Part shown: one piece after another, positions 1 to 9,069 of the stretch | Layout: every line of letters starts with the position of its first letter | Numbering within the stretch: position 1 is the stretch's first letter | Assembly: GCA_963422745.1 (NCBI GenBank) | Contig: OY730477.1 | Coordinates: 1,400,880-1,464,879, forward strand | Reading direction: 5' to 3' | Length of the DNA: 64,000 bases | DNA from: Acidimicrobiales bacterium | Lineage (GTDB): Bacteria; Actinomycetota; Acidimicrobiia; Acidimicrobiales; Aldehydirespiratoraceae | Position numbers and translations under genes: made by a program | Notes under the pieces: generated by a model | Databases searched by the model: none | What the model saw: the letters and a program-made list of their open reading frames with translations, nothing else | Told to the model about the DNA's origin: nothing

Positions 1-1
1 G

Positions 2-115
2 GGGTTGATCCGGCTGGCACCCGAGCAGTGGCACCTTCTCAGACCCAACTGGCCGTCGGACTACAAGGCATTGAAGCTGCCGGTTCCCGCACACCTGGCG
101 AGGTTGGCGCCATGA
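2..115 (+). CDS. 3' end of an upstream gene cut by the window edge (product not identifiable)
   Basis: Frame 2 is open from the first base to TGA 113-115 (...PEQWHLLRPNWPSDYKALKLPVPAHLARLAP*). The stop overlaps the first repeat ATG (112) as ATGA. Only 37 codons are visible, so no family can be assigned. Confidence 0.25.
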   Translation, partial: GLIRLAPEQWHLLRPNWPSDYKALKLPVPAHLARLAP

Positions 116-503
116 GACAGTTCGCGTTGGTTGGGCTGCCTGGTTGCGTGGCAGGTGCAGATTTGGCGAGGTTGGCGCCATGAGACAGTTCGCGTTGGTT
201 GGGCTATTTGGTTGCGTGGCAGGTGCAGATTTGGCGAGGTTGGCGCCATGAGACAGTTCGCGTTGGTTGGGCTATTTGGTTGCGTGGCAGGTGCAGATTT
301 GGCGAGGTTGGCACTATGAATCAGATGGCGTTGGTTGGGCTATCTGGTCTCGGGCAACCCGCACACTTGGCGAGGTTGGCACTATGAGACGGTTCGCGTT
401 GGTTGGGTTATCTGGTTGCGCACGAGGCGCAGACTTGGCGAGGTTGGCACTATGAAGCAGATCCAGTTGGTTGGGTTATCTGGTCCCGTGAAGCCCCGAT
501 GCG
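96..503 (+). repeat. 68-bp tandem repeat, 6 copies, intercistronic (MIRU-like minisatellite)
   Basis: Unit TGGCGAGGTTGGCRCYATGA... begins at 96, 164, 232, 300, 368 and 436, an exact 68-bp phase. Copies 2 and 3 are identical. Copies 4-6 diverge mainly in the last ~18 nt. Confidence 0.95.
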
Positions 504-582
504 TTGGATCTGAGGTCACAAAAGGCATCGGCGTCTTGTCAATGTCAAATCATCTTGGTGTGCCAGGTGATTTGGGGTTCGG

Positions 583-1791
583 ATGCGGATAGGAATCGTG
601 TGTCCCTACAGCCTCACCATTCCCGGTGGGGTGCAGATGCAGGTATTGGGTCTCGCCCGGGCATTGAGGCAGATGGGTGAACAGGTACGTGTGTTGGCAC
701 CGTGTGACGGGCCACCTCCTGACGCCGGTGTAACGCCTCTGGGAGTGAGCTTGCCGACTGCCTCCAACGGCTCCATCGCGCCCGTGGCACCAGATCCAGC
801 TTGTCAACTGCGGGCGATCCGCGCCATGCGCGACGAGTCCTTCGATGTGATCCATCTTCACGAACCTCTTGCCCCTGGCCCCACGATGACGACCCTGCTC
901 ACCCGGCCCGCGCCTCTGATCGGCACATTTCATGCCGCGGGCAGGTCCTTGGCCTATGACCTGATGCCGCGGGCAACACGCTTTCTTGCGAGACGACTTG
1001 ATCACCGCTGCGCGGTTTCCAAGGACGCCTGCGCCATGGCTCAAAACGCCCTCGGCGGTGAATACGATCTGACCTTCAACGGTGTGGAACTGGCCCGCTA
1101 CAACACCGGTCCCAAGCACCCGACCGAAGCCAAGACAATCCTGTTTCTTGGTCGCCACGAACCCCGTAAGGGCCTTGTTGACCTGCTGGAAGCTGTACGA
1201 CACCTTGACGCAGACACGCGTGTCTGGGTGGCTGGCCACGGTAACGAGACGACCGAACTTGCTTCTCGATACGCAGGCGATGCGCGAATCGAGTGGCTGG
1301 GGATCATCTCTGAAACCGAAAAGATCTCGCGTCTTCGACGAGCCAATGTGTTCTGTGCACCGTCGCTACACGGGGAGTCCTTCGGCCTTGTCCTGCTTGA
1401 GGCCATGGCCGCGGGCACCGTGGTCGTGGCTAGTGACATCGCCGGTTACTCCGACGTTGCTCGTAGTGCACGAGACGCCGTGCTGGTTCCGCCGGGCAAT
1501 CCTGCTCGGCTGGGTCGGGCGCTGCGCGAGGTGTTGGAACAACCTCGGCTATGTGAATCGCTCGTGGAGTCGGGGATCCGCCGGGCCGACGACTTCTCCA
1601 TGGCCAGGCTTGCAGCCATCTACCTTGAACTGTACGGGCAGTTGATCGAACGCAGAACCCGACAAGAGGACCGACGGCTCCGAACAGAAAACCACTATTC
1701 GCAACGCCGCGGGTTTGTTGAACTACGCCGCCGCGGCGGCAGGCGAGTCGTCCGCGACCCGGATGTCGTCCGCGACCCGGATGTGTTGTAG
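583..1791 (+). CDS. pimA: GT4 glycosyltransferase, PimA-type phosphatidylinositol mannosyltransferase
   Basis: N-terminus MRIGIVCPYSLTIPGGVQMQVLGLARAL and the FDVIHLHEP and ESFGLVLLEAMAAG (EX7E) motifs match mycobacterial PimA. The gene lies next to pdxST as in mycobacteria. Confidence 0.85.
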   Translation: MRIGIVCPYSLTIPGGVQMQVLGLARALRQMGEQVRVLAPCDGPPPDAGVTPLGVSLPTASNGSIAPVAPDPACQLRAIRAMRDESFDVIHLHEPLAPGPTMTTLLTRPAPLIGTFHAAGRSLAYDLMPRATRFLARRLDHRCAVSKDACAMAQNALGGEYDLTFNGVELARYNTGPKHPTEAKTILFLGRHEPRKGLVDLLEAVRHLDADTRVWVAGHGNETTELASRYAGDARIEWLGIISETEKISRLRRANVFCAPSLHGESFGLVLLEAMAAGTVVVASDIAGYSDVARSARDAVLVPPGNPARLGRALREVLEQPRLCESLVESGIRRADDFSMARLAAIYLELYGQLIERRTRQEDRRLRTENHYSQRRGFVELRRRGGRRVVRDPDVVRDPDVL

Positions 1792-1845
1792 CCTTAGGTG
1801 GGCCTCATCGCCATCTCCGGACCTTCACAGAACGCCTGATCCACA

Positions 1846-2562
1846 ATGCTCTTGGTTTCGCATCGAGCCCTTGTTGCCATACCCGCAGCCGCGATAGCTG
1901 TGATCGTGGCCGTTGTCACAGCTTTCGGGTTGGTGATGCCTTGGCTGTTCGTGGCGGTTTGTGCATTCGTCGCCGCAGCAATCACAGCCGCGGTGTTGTT
2001 ATGGCAAGCAACACCAATCGCTTTGCGTCGCCTGGGTGCACGTCGCTTACCGAGTCAAGCCGCACCGCGCCTTGAAAGCATCGTCGCGGGTGTATGCGTC
2101 GGCTCTGGCGTGGTTGAACCACGACTCCACGTCGTGGAAACCGAATCGATAGACGCGGCGGTCCTCGGATCCGAAGAGCAGACACATCTGGTTGTCACGC
2201 GAGGCATGCTCGAAAGCCTGGACCGGCTTGAATTGGAGGCGGTTGTGGCCCGTGAACTTACCCAGTTTGGTTCGGGAATTCGCGCTGCCACGGTGCTCGT
2301 GGGTGTCTTGGCGATGATGGGGCCACTCGGCGGAATCGTCGCCCGCCGGGTCGTCAACCGACAGGACCTTTCCCGAGCCGACATCGAAGGTGTTCAGTTC
2401 ACGCGCTACCCCCCGGGCTTGGTCGCCGCCTTTGGCAAGGCCCTCAAAGTGCCACGAGTCGCTGATCGGCCGTCGGGCCGACATCTATGGATGATAGGTC
2501 CAGAGGGATCCACCGTGCAGCCCCCCTTGGTCGAGCGAGTCGCCACTCTGCAGGAGCTATAG
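1846..2562 (+). CDS. membrane protein, M48/HtpX-like with degenerate active site
   Basis: Two N-terminal hydrophobic helices. PRLHVVETESIDAAVLGSEEQTHLVVTRGMLESLDRLELEAVVARELTQ aligns by eye to the HtpX block P.v.iid...pNAFatG...vvvTtGLl..L...ElegVlaHElaH, but HEXXH is RELTQ here. Confidence 0.7.
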   Translation: MLLVSHRALVAIPAAAIAVIVAVVTAFGLVMPWLFVAVCAFVAAAITAAVLLWQATPIALRRLGARRLPSQAAPRLESIVAGVCVGSGVVEPRLHVVETESIDAAVLGSEEQTHLVVTRGMLESLDRLELEAVVARELTQFGSGIRAATVLVGVLAMMGPLGGIVARRVVNRQDLSRADIEGVQFTRYPPGLVAAFGKALKVPRVADRPSGRHLWMIGPEGSTVQPPLVERVATLQEL

Positions 2563-2619
2563 AACCAGACAGAAAATGCAATAGAGAACAGGAACGGGTC
2601 CGGCACCACACAGGTAGGA

Positions 2620-3540
2620 TTGGTGTCCATGACTGAGTCGCCGTCACATATCACGGACCGGGCACCGGTCATAGGCAGCGCTTCGGTCAAGCGTGGCCTG
2701 GCCGAAATGCTCAAGGGCGGCGTCATCATGGACGTCGTCAACCCCGAGCACGCCAGAATCGCCGAAGACGCGGGCGCAGTGTCGGTAATGGCACTGGAAC
2801 GAGTGCCGTCCGACATTCGTGCTCAAGGTGGTGTGGCTCGAATGTCGGATCCCGAAATGATCCTTGGCATTGTGTCCGCCGTCTCCATACCGGTGATGGC
2901 CAAGGCCCGGATCGGCCACTTTGCGGAGGCTCAGATACTGCAATCTCTCGGAGTTGACTACATCGACGAGTCCGAGGTGCTCACGCCCGCAGACGACGTG
3001 CACCACATCGACAAATGGGCGTTCACCGTGCCGTTCGTTTGCGGCGCGACGAACCTCGGCGAGGCTCTGCGTCGGATAAGCGAAGGTGCTTGCATGATTC
3101 GCTCCAAAGGCGAGGCTGGCACAGGAAACGTTGTGGAGGCGGTGCGTCACTTGCGTTCGATCACCGGTGACATAGCCAAGATCACCCAGGCCGACAACGC
3201 CGAACTGTTCGACTGGGCCAAACGTCTGCAAGCTCCGTTGCCGCTGGTGCAGGAAATCGCCGAAACCGGCGAGCTGCCTGTGCCACTGTTTTGTGCTGGC
3301 GGCATAGCAACGCCCGCTGATGCGTCGCTGGTGATGCAACTTGGTGCTCAGGCTGTCTTTGTTGGATCCGGTATTTTCAAGAGCGACGATCCGCCAACCA
3401 TGGCCTCCGCCATCGTTGAGGCCGCTACGCACTACCTGGATCCCCAGAGCCTCGCGCAGGTGTCCACCGGTCTGGGTGGTGCCATGAAAGGACTCGAGAT
3501 CGCCTTGCTCGACACCAGGCTCGCCGAGCGCGGTTGGTGA
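2620..3540 (+). CDS. pdxS: pyridoxal 5'-phosphate synthase subunit PdxS
   Basis: [48 protein letters not shown] is the PdxS/SNZ signature. The ORF opens at TTG 2620. ATG 2629, preceded by GGTAGGA, is the more likely start. Confidence 0.96.
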   Translation: MVSMTESPSHITDRAPVIGSASVKRGLAEMLKGGVIMDVVNPEHARIAEDAGAVSVMALERVPSDIRAQGGVARMSDPEMILGIVSAVSIPVMAKARIGHFAEAQILQSLGVDYIDESEVLTPADDVHHIDKWAFTVPFVCGATNLGEALRRISEGACMIRSKGEAGTGNVVEAVRHLRSITGDIAKITQADNAELFDWAKRLQAPLPLVQEIAETGELPVPLFCAGGIATPADASLVMQLGAQAVFVGSGIFKSDDPPTMASAIVEAATHYLDPQSLAQVSTGLGGAMKGLEIALLDTRLAERGW

Positions 3541-4127
3541 CGACCAGGGTCGGCGTACTCGCCTTGCAAGGGGGATTTGCCGCTCATACGGCTGCGCTCG
3601 CTCGGCTCGGTGTTGAAGCAGATGAGGTTCGTACCGTCGCTCAACTTGATTGCGTTGATGCGCTGGTGATGCCCGGTGGCGAGTCGACCACCATGTCGAT
3701 GCTGCTGGACAGCTCTGGCATATTCGAGCCGCTGCAACGACGGTTGTGGGACGGAATGGCCGTTCTGGGCACCTGCGCCGGGTTGATCCTGCTCGCTTGC
3801 GAGGTGCTTGACGGGCGCCCTGACCAGCACCTATTTCGCGTTATCGATCTCACCGCCCGTCGTAACGCCTACGGCCGCCAGATCGATTCGTTCGAGACCG
3901 AACTCGACATCGTCGGCTTTGACGGGGGATTTCTTGGGGTGTTCATCCGAGCGCCTGTCGTTGAACGGGTCGGTGCCGACGTTGAGATACTCGCCGAGGT
4001 CAACGATTTTCCCGTATTGTGTCGGCAGGGCATGGTCACAGTTGCTTCGTTTCATCCCGAACTCGCTAACGATGGTCGGCTCCACGCCTGGTGGCTGTCC
4101 GGGTGTGGCATCGGCCCGGCGATCTGA
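3534..4127 (+). CDS. pdxT: pyridoxal 5'-phosphate synthase glutaminase subunit PdxT
   Basis: [25 protein letters not shown] (nucleophile Cys) and FHPEL motifs. Overlaps the pdxS stop by 7 nt. Confidence 0.95.
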   Translation: MVTTRVGVLALQGGFAAHTAALARLGVEADEVRTVAQLDCVDALVMPGGESTTMSMLLDSSGIFEPLQRRLWDGMAVLGTCAGLILLACEVLDGRPDQHLFRVIDLTARRNAYGRQIDSFETELDIVGFDGGFLGVFIRAPVVERVGADVEILAEVNDFPVLCRQGMVTVASFHPELANDGRLHAWWLSGCGIGPAI

Positions 4128-4136
4128 GGAGTTCCC

Positions 4137-4886
4137 GTGAGCGGTCATTCCAAGTGGGCAACCATCAAGCACAAGAAAGGAGCGGCGGACGCAAAACGCG
4201 GCAAGCTCTTCGCCAAGCTGATAAAGCAGGTTGAGATCGCTGCCAGAACCGGCGGCGGCGATCCCGACGCCAACCCGACGCTGCGCACGATGTTCCAAAA
4301 AGCGCGCGATAACTCCGTACCGCTCGACACCATCGAGCGAGCTGTCAAGCGAGGCACCGGCGAACTCGACGGTGTTGACTACGTGAGCGTCACCTACGAG
4401 GGCTATGCCCCTGCAGGAGTTGCGTTGCTGGTTGAGTGCCTCACCGACAACCGCAACCGTACGTCCTCGGAGATCCGCTCGACCTTTACCAAGAACGGCG
4501 GTTCGCTCGCAGAGCCAGGCGCAGTGGCATGGCAGTTTGACCGCAAGGGCATGGTGCTCGTACCCCGCACCGTAGACGAGGACGAGCTGATGTTGGCCGC
4601 GCTCGAAGGGGGTGCGGAGGACGTGTCGGACGAGACAGAAATGTGGCGGGTGACCACATCACCGGGTGAGCTTGCGTCGGTGCGTGAGGCACTTGACGAA
4701 GCCGACATCTCGATTCGTTCCGCTGATCTGGTCATGTCGGCGACGTCCACGGTGCCGGTCGATGACCTCGCCTTGTTGAAGCGGGTCGTGAAACTCATCG
4801 ATCTGCTTGACGATCTTGACGACGTTCAAGATGTGCATGCCAACTGGGAGGCATCCGACGAGTTGCTGGAGGCCGTCGTTGGATGA
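4137..4886 (+). CDS. yebC: YebC/PmpR family transcriptional regulator
   Basis: MSGHSKWATIKHKKGAADAKRGKLFAKL... is the invariant YebC N-terminus. Length of 249 aa fits the family. Confidence 0.95.
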   Translation: MSGHSKWATIKHKKGAADAKRGKLFAKLIKQVEIAARTGGGDPDANPTLRTMFQKARDNSVPLDTIERAVKRGTGELDGVDYVSVTYEGYAPAGVALLVECLTDNRNRTSSEIRSTFTKNGGSLAEPGAVAWQFDRKGMVLVPRTVDEDELMLAALEGGAEDVSDETEMWRVTTSPGELASVREALDEADISIRSADLVMSATSTVPVDDLALLKRVVKLIDLLDDLDDVQDVHANWEASDELLEAVVG

Positions 4887-4955
4887 ATACTCCGTTGTTG
4901 GCGAATTTCTTTCATCGGAGCCCTTGGTAGGGTCACCATGATCTAGACTCCGCGC

Positions 4956-5903
4956 ATGACTCCATACCGTTTCGATCCCGAATTGAAGGAGTTGGCGGCG
5001 CAGCTTGAGGGTCCGCTCATTGATTGGAGCGACGCCGAGGCGATAGCGGCCTCCCGCTCAGATCGCGCCCTAGCAGACATGTTCGGCGATAGCGAACCCC
5101 GAGACGATGTGGGCACTACCGACGTATTGGTGACCCGCCCGGGTGTGGACAAAGTTCCACTCCGCATATACGAGCCGAAAGAGTCCGCCCCAAAAGGCGG
5201 CCTGTTGTACATTCACGGTGGTGGGTTCATGACCGGTTCGGTTGAAATGATGGATTCCGCTTGTCAATCGATTTGCGGCGATGTCGGGTTGGTCGTTGCG
5301 TCCGTCGAATATCGGCTTGCGCCCGAGAACCCGTTCCCTGCCGGTCTTGAGGATTGCTATGGGGCGTTGTGCTGGTTCGCCGACAACGCCAAGAAGTTGA
5401 GGATCGCCAAGGACCGGATCGCGGTCGCGGGTGCTTCCGCCGGTGGAGGCCTAGCGGCAGCGACGGCGTTGTTGGCACGTGATCGGGGCGGCCCGGCCCT
5501 GTGTTTGCAAGTGCTGCAGATCCCCGAACTTGACGACCGTCTTGATACGCCGTCCATGGTTGCCTTCACTGACACACCTGTTTGGAATCGCCCGTCGGCG
5601 CAATGGAGTTGGCGTCACTATCTTGGCGACTCCCACGGTGCGGATGTGTCGGCCTACGCGGCACCGGCGCGCTGCGAGGATCTGTCGGAGCTTCCGCCCG
5701 CATTTGTAACCACCATGGAATTCGATCCGCTTCGTGATGAGGGAATCATCTATGCACTACGACTGCTCCAAGCCGGTGTAAGCGTTGAACTTCACCAGCT
5801 ACCCGGCACGTTTCACGGTTCCAGCGTGCTACCCACTGCGGCGATGTCGCAGCTTGAGAACCGTCTGCTGCTTGGTGCACTGCGCCGAGCGTTCCCATCC
5901 TGA
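4956..5903 (+). CDS. alpha/beta hydrolase, hormone-sensitive-lipase-type esterase
   Basis: HGGGF oxyanion motif, GASAGG nucleophile elbow, DPLRDEG acid and GTFHG histidine. Confidence 0.85.
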   Translation: MTPYRFDPELKELAAQLEGPLIDWSDAEAIAASRSDRALADMFGDSEPRDDVGTTDVLVTRPGVDKVPLRIYEPKESAPKGGLLYIHGGGFMTGSVEMMDSACQSICGDVGLVVASVEYRLAPENPFPAGLEDCYGALCWFADNAKKLRIAKDRIAVAGASAGGGLAAATALLARDRGGPALCLQVLQIPELDDRLDTPSMVAFTDTPVWNRPSAQWSWRHYLGDSHGADVSAYAAPARCEDLSELPPAFVTTMEFDPLRDEGIIYALRLLQAGVSVELHQLPGTFHGSSVLPTAAMSQLENRLLLGALRRAFPS

Positions 5904-5916
5904 GCGTTCTCACAAC

Positions 5917-6325
5917 GGATGGTCCCGTAGTTGGTGTTGTTGTATTTCCCGCGGTGGGGTCGGTTCGTAACTCACGTAATGGGCCAACCCGGTGTTGGTG
6001 TTCTTGATTTTCCTGCGGTGGGGTCGGTAAGCAAACTCACGTAATGGGTGGTCGCGGTGTTGGTGTTGTTGTGTTTCTTGCGGTGGGGTCGGTAAGCAAA
6101 CTCACGTAATGGGTGGTCGCGGTGTTGGTGTTGTTGTGTTTCTTGCGGTGGGGTCGGTAAGCAAACTCACGTAATGGGTGGTCGCGGTGTTGGTGTTGTT
6201 GTGTTTCTTGCGGTGGGGTCGGTTCGCAACTCACGTAATGGGTGGTCGCGGTGTTGGTGTTGTTGTGTTTCTTGCGGTGGGGTCGGTTCGCAACTCACGT
6301 AATGGGCGGTCCTGTAGTTGGTTTT
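5917..6325 (+). repeat. 64/65-bp tandem repeat, ~6.5 copies, between the esterase gene and ruvC
   Basis: The CACGTAATGG motif recurs with its ATG at 5979, 6044, 6109, 6174, 6238 and 6302 (spacing 65, 65, 65, 64, 64). Units at 6044 and 6109 are identical, as are those at 6174 and 6238. The edge units are degenerate. Confidence 0.95.
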
Positions 6326-6359
6326 CTCATAGTCGGACCATTGTCGGGGCTTAGTTCGC

Positions 6360-6365
6360 TAGTAT
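6360..6365 (+). promoter_or_regulatory. candidate -10 element (TAGTAT) for a leaderless ruvC transcript
   Basis: TAGTAT fits the actinobacterial TANNNT -10 and ends 7 nt before the ruvC GTG (6373). There is no Shine-Dalgarno sequence upstream of that GTG. No convincing -35 box. Confidence 0.2.
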
Positions 6366-6372
6366 CGTACAT

Positions 6373-6945
6373 GTGTTCGTTCTGGGTATTGATCCGGGCC
6401 TATCGTGTTGTGGTTACGGCTGTTTGCGACACGCCCGCAGGCCCGAGGCGGTGGCCGCCGGGGTCATCCGAACCGACCGCACCCTTGAACGCGCGTTTCG
6501 ACTGGCCGAACTCCAACGCGAGCTGCGCGCCCTGATCGCTGAGCTGCGCCCGGATGTGGTCGCAGTGGAGCGGGTGTTGTTTCAGCGAAACGTCAGCACC
6601 GCAATGGGTGTCGCCATGGCAAGTGGTTTGGCGATGGCTGAGGCGGCTTCTGCGGGATGTGATGTCGTGGAGTACTCGCCCAATGAGGTCAAACAATCCG
6701 TCGCCGGATGGGGTGGAGCCGGAAAGGATGAGGTCGCTGCGATGGTGCAGACGTTGATGTCGCTGCCCGAGCGACTGTCGCCCGTTGACGCCGCAGACGC
6801 CATGGCTGTTGCCATGTGTCATGCCGCACGTGTTCCGCTGACGCAACGAAACCCACCGGACCAAAGTGTCGATCGATCGTCCGGCCGGGATTACCCTGCG
6901 GGTCAGCGGCAACGAAACCCGCCGGACCAAAGTGTCAATCGATGA
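6373..6945 (+). CDS. ruvC: crossover junction endodeoxyribonuclease RuvC
   Basis: VFVLGIDPGLSCCGYG start, RVLFQRNVSTAMGVAMASG, and EYSPNEVKQSVAGWGGAGKDEV...DAADAMAVAMCHA. The C-terminal 38 aa are repeat-derived. Confidence 0.93.
   Translation: MFVLGIDPGLSCCGYGCLRHARRPEAVAAGVIRTDRTLERAFRLAELQRELRALIAELRPDVVAVERVLFQRNVSTAMGVAMASGLAMAEAASAGCDVVEYSPNEVKQSVAGWGGAGKDEVAAMVQTLMSLPERLSPVDAADAMAVAMCHAARVPLTQRNPPDQSVDRSSGRDYPAGQRQRNPPDQSVNR
6844..6943 (+). repeat. 66-bp direct duplication at the ruvC/ruvA junction
   Basis: CAACGAAACCCACCGGACCAAAGTGTCGATCGAT (6844-6877) and CAACGAAACCCGCCGGACCAAAGTGTCAATCGAT (6910-6943) share 32 of 34 nt. The second copy ends in the ruvA ATG. Confidence 0.85.
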
Positions 6946-7535
6946 TCGGATCGCTTCGCGGCTGGCTTGTCGATCAAAGCGGTGACGGCGATCTGTTGAT
7001 TGAGGTCTACGGAGTCGGGTACAGGGTTCAGGTCACGGCTTCTACGTTGGCTAACCTCGGCGAACTTGACTCTGAGATTGTGGTGCATGTACACCACGCC
7101 GTGCGCGAAGACAGTGAAGCGCTCTACGGGTTTGCCACGATCTCTGAGCGGCGGCTATTCGAATCCCTGATCGGTACGCACGGGGTTGGGCCTGCATTGG
7201 CCTTGGCGATTCTGTCGGTTCACAGCCCGGATTCGTTGCGTCGTGCGGTGGCCGACGACGACACCGCTGCCTTGTGTCTGGTCCCAGGTGTGGGTCGCAA
7301 AACGGCCGCGCGTCTGATTATGGAGCTGAAGTCCAAACTTGACATTCCTGAATCCGTTGTCGTATCCGACGGATTGGCTCCCACCATTGGTGGCACCGTG
7401 GCCGACGTGCGCAGCGCTTTGTCGGGTCTCGGTTATGGTTCAGACGAGATCGGTTCCGTGCTCGGGGAGTTGCCAGGTGATGCCGACGCCGCCGACATGT
7501 TGAAACACGCTCTTCGCCTGCTGGCGGATCGTTGA
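6942..7535 (+). CDS. ruvA: Holliday junction DNA helicase subunit RuvA
   Basis: [31 protein letters not shown] start and the HhH motifs [11 protein letters not shown] and [15 protein letters not shown] 6942 overlaps the ruvC stop as ATGA. The longer track ORF from 6816 lies inside ruvC. Confidence 0.93.
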   Translation: MIGSLRGWLVDQSGDGDLLIEVYGVGYRVQVTASTLANLGELDSEIVVHVHHAVREDSEALYGFATISERRLFESLIGTHGVGPALALAILSVHSPDSLRRAVADDDTAALCLVPGVGRKTAARLIMELKSKLDIPESVVVSDGLAPTIGGTVADVRSALSGLGYGSDEIGSVLGELPGDADAADMLKHALRLLADR

Positions 7536-8569
7536 TGGCACGCGAAGAACTCCTTTCGCCCGCTCCACAGACTGGTGAACTCGTTGACGAACCCCGATTA
7601 CGGCCCAGAATCCTCGCTGAGTTCGTTGGCCAGGCTGAACTGAAGGGCCACCTTGGGGTGACCCTCGGTGCTGCGGCCCGGCGGCGCGAGGCGGCCGACC
7701 ATCTGTTGTTCGCAGGTCCGCCAGGCCTGGGCAAGACCACCCTCGCCTACATCATCGCCGCGGAGTTGGGAACCAACCTTCAGGTCACGTCGGGCCCTGC
7801 TCTGGACCGATCCGGAGATCTGGTATCGATCCTTTCCAGGCTTGACGATCGCGACGTCCTGTTTATCGACGAGATGCATCGCCTGCCTCGGCCCGTTGAA
7901 GAGGTCTTGTATCCGGCTTTGGAGGACTTCCGTGTAGACATCGTGTTGGGTAAGGGACCCGCGGCACGTTCAATTCCTTTGGAGCTAGCCCCGTTCACAT
8001 TGGTGGGCGCCACGACCCGGACGAGTCTCATTACCGGGCCTCTCCGCGACCGGTTCGGGCTGGTATCGCGGCTTGACTACTACGAACCCGCCGACCTGCA
8101 GGCGATCGTTGTAAGGGCTGCGGAGATCATCGGCGTTGACATAGACGCCGATGGCGCTGCGGAGATCGCTAGACGATCCCGAGGGACTCCACGCATCGCG
8201 AACAGACTGTTGCGTCAGGTACGTGACTACGCCGAGGTGGAACGCGAAGGACACATCGACGCGGCGGTAGCCGAAGAAGGCCTGGCCTTCTTCGGAGTTG
8301 ATGACTTAGGGCTCGATAAGCCGTCGCTGGCGGTGCTCGACGCTCTATGCCGCCGGTTTGGCGGTGGACCGGTCGGGCTTTCCACCCTGGCGATCGCTGT
8401 GAGCGAGCCCACAGAGACAGTTGAGGACGTTTATGAGCCGTACCTGATCCGTCAAGGCCTGGTGATGCGAACGCCCCGAGGCCGAGTCGCCACACCGGCT
8501 GCCTACAGACACCTCGGCATGGCCGAACCGGTCCGCGAACGTGAGCTGTTCGATCGCAACAACGCCTAG
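7535..8569 (+). CDS. ruvB: Holliday junction DNA helicase RuvB
   Basis: Walker [12 protein letters not shown], Walker [10 protein letters not shown], and the [15 protein letters not shown] sensor region. ATG 7535 overlaps the ruvA TGA. TTG 7532 is an alternative start. Confidence 0.96.
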   Translation: MAREELLSPAPQTGELVDEPRLRPRILAEFVGQAELKGHLGVTLGAAARRREAADHLLFAGPPGLGKTTLAYIIAAELGTNLQVTSGPALDRSGDLVSILSRLDDRDVLFIDEMHRLPRPVEEVLYPALEDFRVDIVLGKGPAARSIPLELAPFTLVGATTRTSLITGPLRDRFGLVSRLDYYEPADLQAIVVRAAEIIGVDIDADGAAEIARRSRGTPRIANRLLRQVRDYAEVEREGHIDAAVAEEGLAFFGVDDLGLDKPSLAVLDALCRRFGGGPVGLSTLAIAVSEPTETVEDVYEPYLIRQGLVMRTPRGRVATPAAYRHLGMAEPVRERELFDRNNA

Positions 8570-8682
8570 GTCGAGGAGCCGACGCCCATTCGCGTCAAAT
8601 GTGATCGACACGCTGTGTGTGCGAGGGTGTCGGTACGAGATAGGTTGGGTTGGTCATCCGCGAGTGCACCTAGCCTTGCAGC

Positions 8683-9069
8683 GTGAAGGCACGTTTGTGA
8701 GTGGTCTTCGTGACACGATCGATGGCGTTGATTTTGTGTTGCCGGTGGAGGCGATCGCACGGATGCTGGTTGTTGCAAGGTGAAGGCACGTTTGTGAGTG
8801 GTCTTCGTGACACGATCGATGGCGTTGATTTTGTGTTGCCGGTGGAGGCATCGCACGGATGCTGGTTGTTGCAAGGTGAAGGCACGTTTGTGAGTGGTCT
8901 TCGTGACACGATCGATGGCATTGATTTTGTGTTGTCGGTGGAGGTGTTTGCACGGATGCTGGTTGTTGCAAGGTGAAGGCACGTTTGTGAGTGGTCTTCG
9001 TGACACGATCGACGACATTGACTATGTGTTGCCGGTGGAGGCGATCGCACAGACGCCGGTCGTTCCCCG
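8683..9069 (+). repeat. 96/97-bp tandem repeat, 4 copies, made of the queA translation-initiation region and first ~21 codons
   Basis: GTGAAGGCACGTTTGTGAGTGGTCTTCGTGACACGATCGA... begins at 8683, 8780, 8876 and 8973. The last copy is the real queA 5' end. Confidence 0.95.

Noticed and set aside
131-592. Series of 62-85-aa Trp/Arg-rich ORFs (131..319, 199..387, 267..455, 335..592) and the antisense ORF 61..249
   Set aside because: They are the same 68-bp unit read in successive frames, since 68 is not a multiple of 3. Their lengths are set by the repeat phase, not by a gene. Only the 23-codon frames with an SD and ATGA overlaps have any structural logic.
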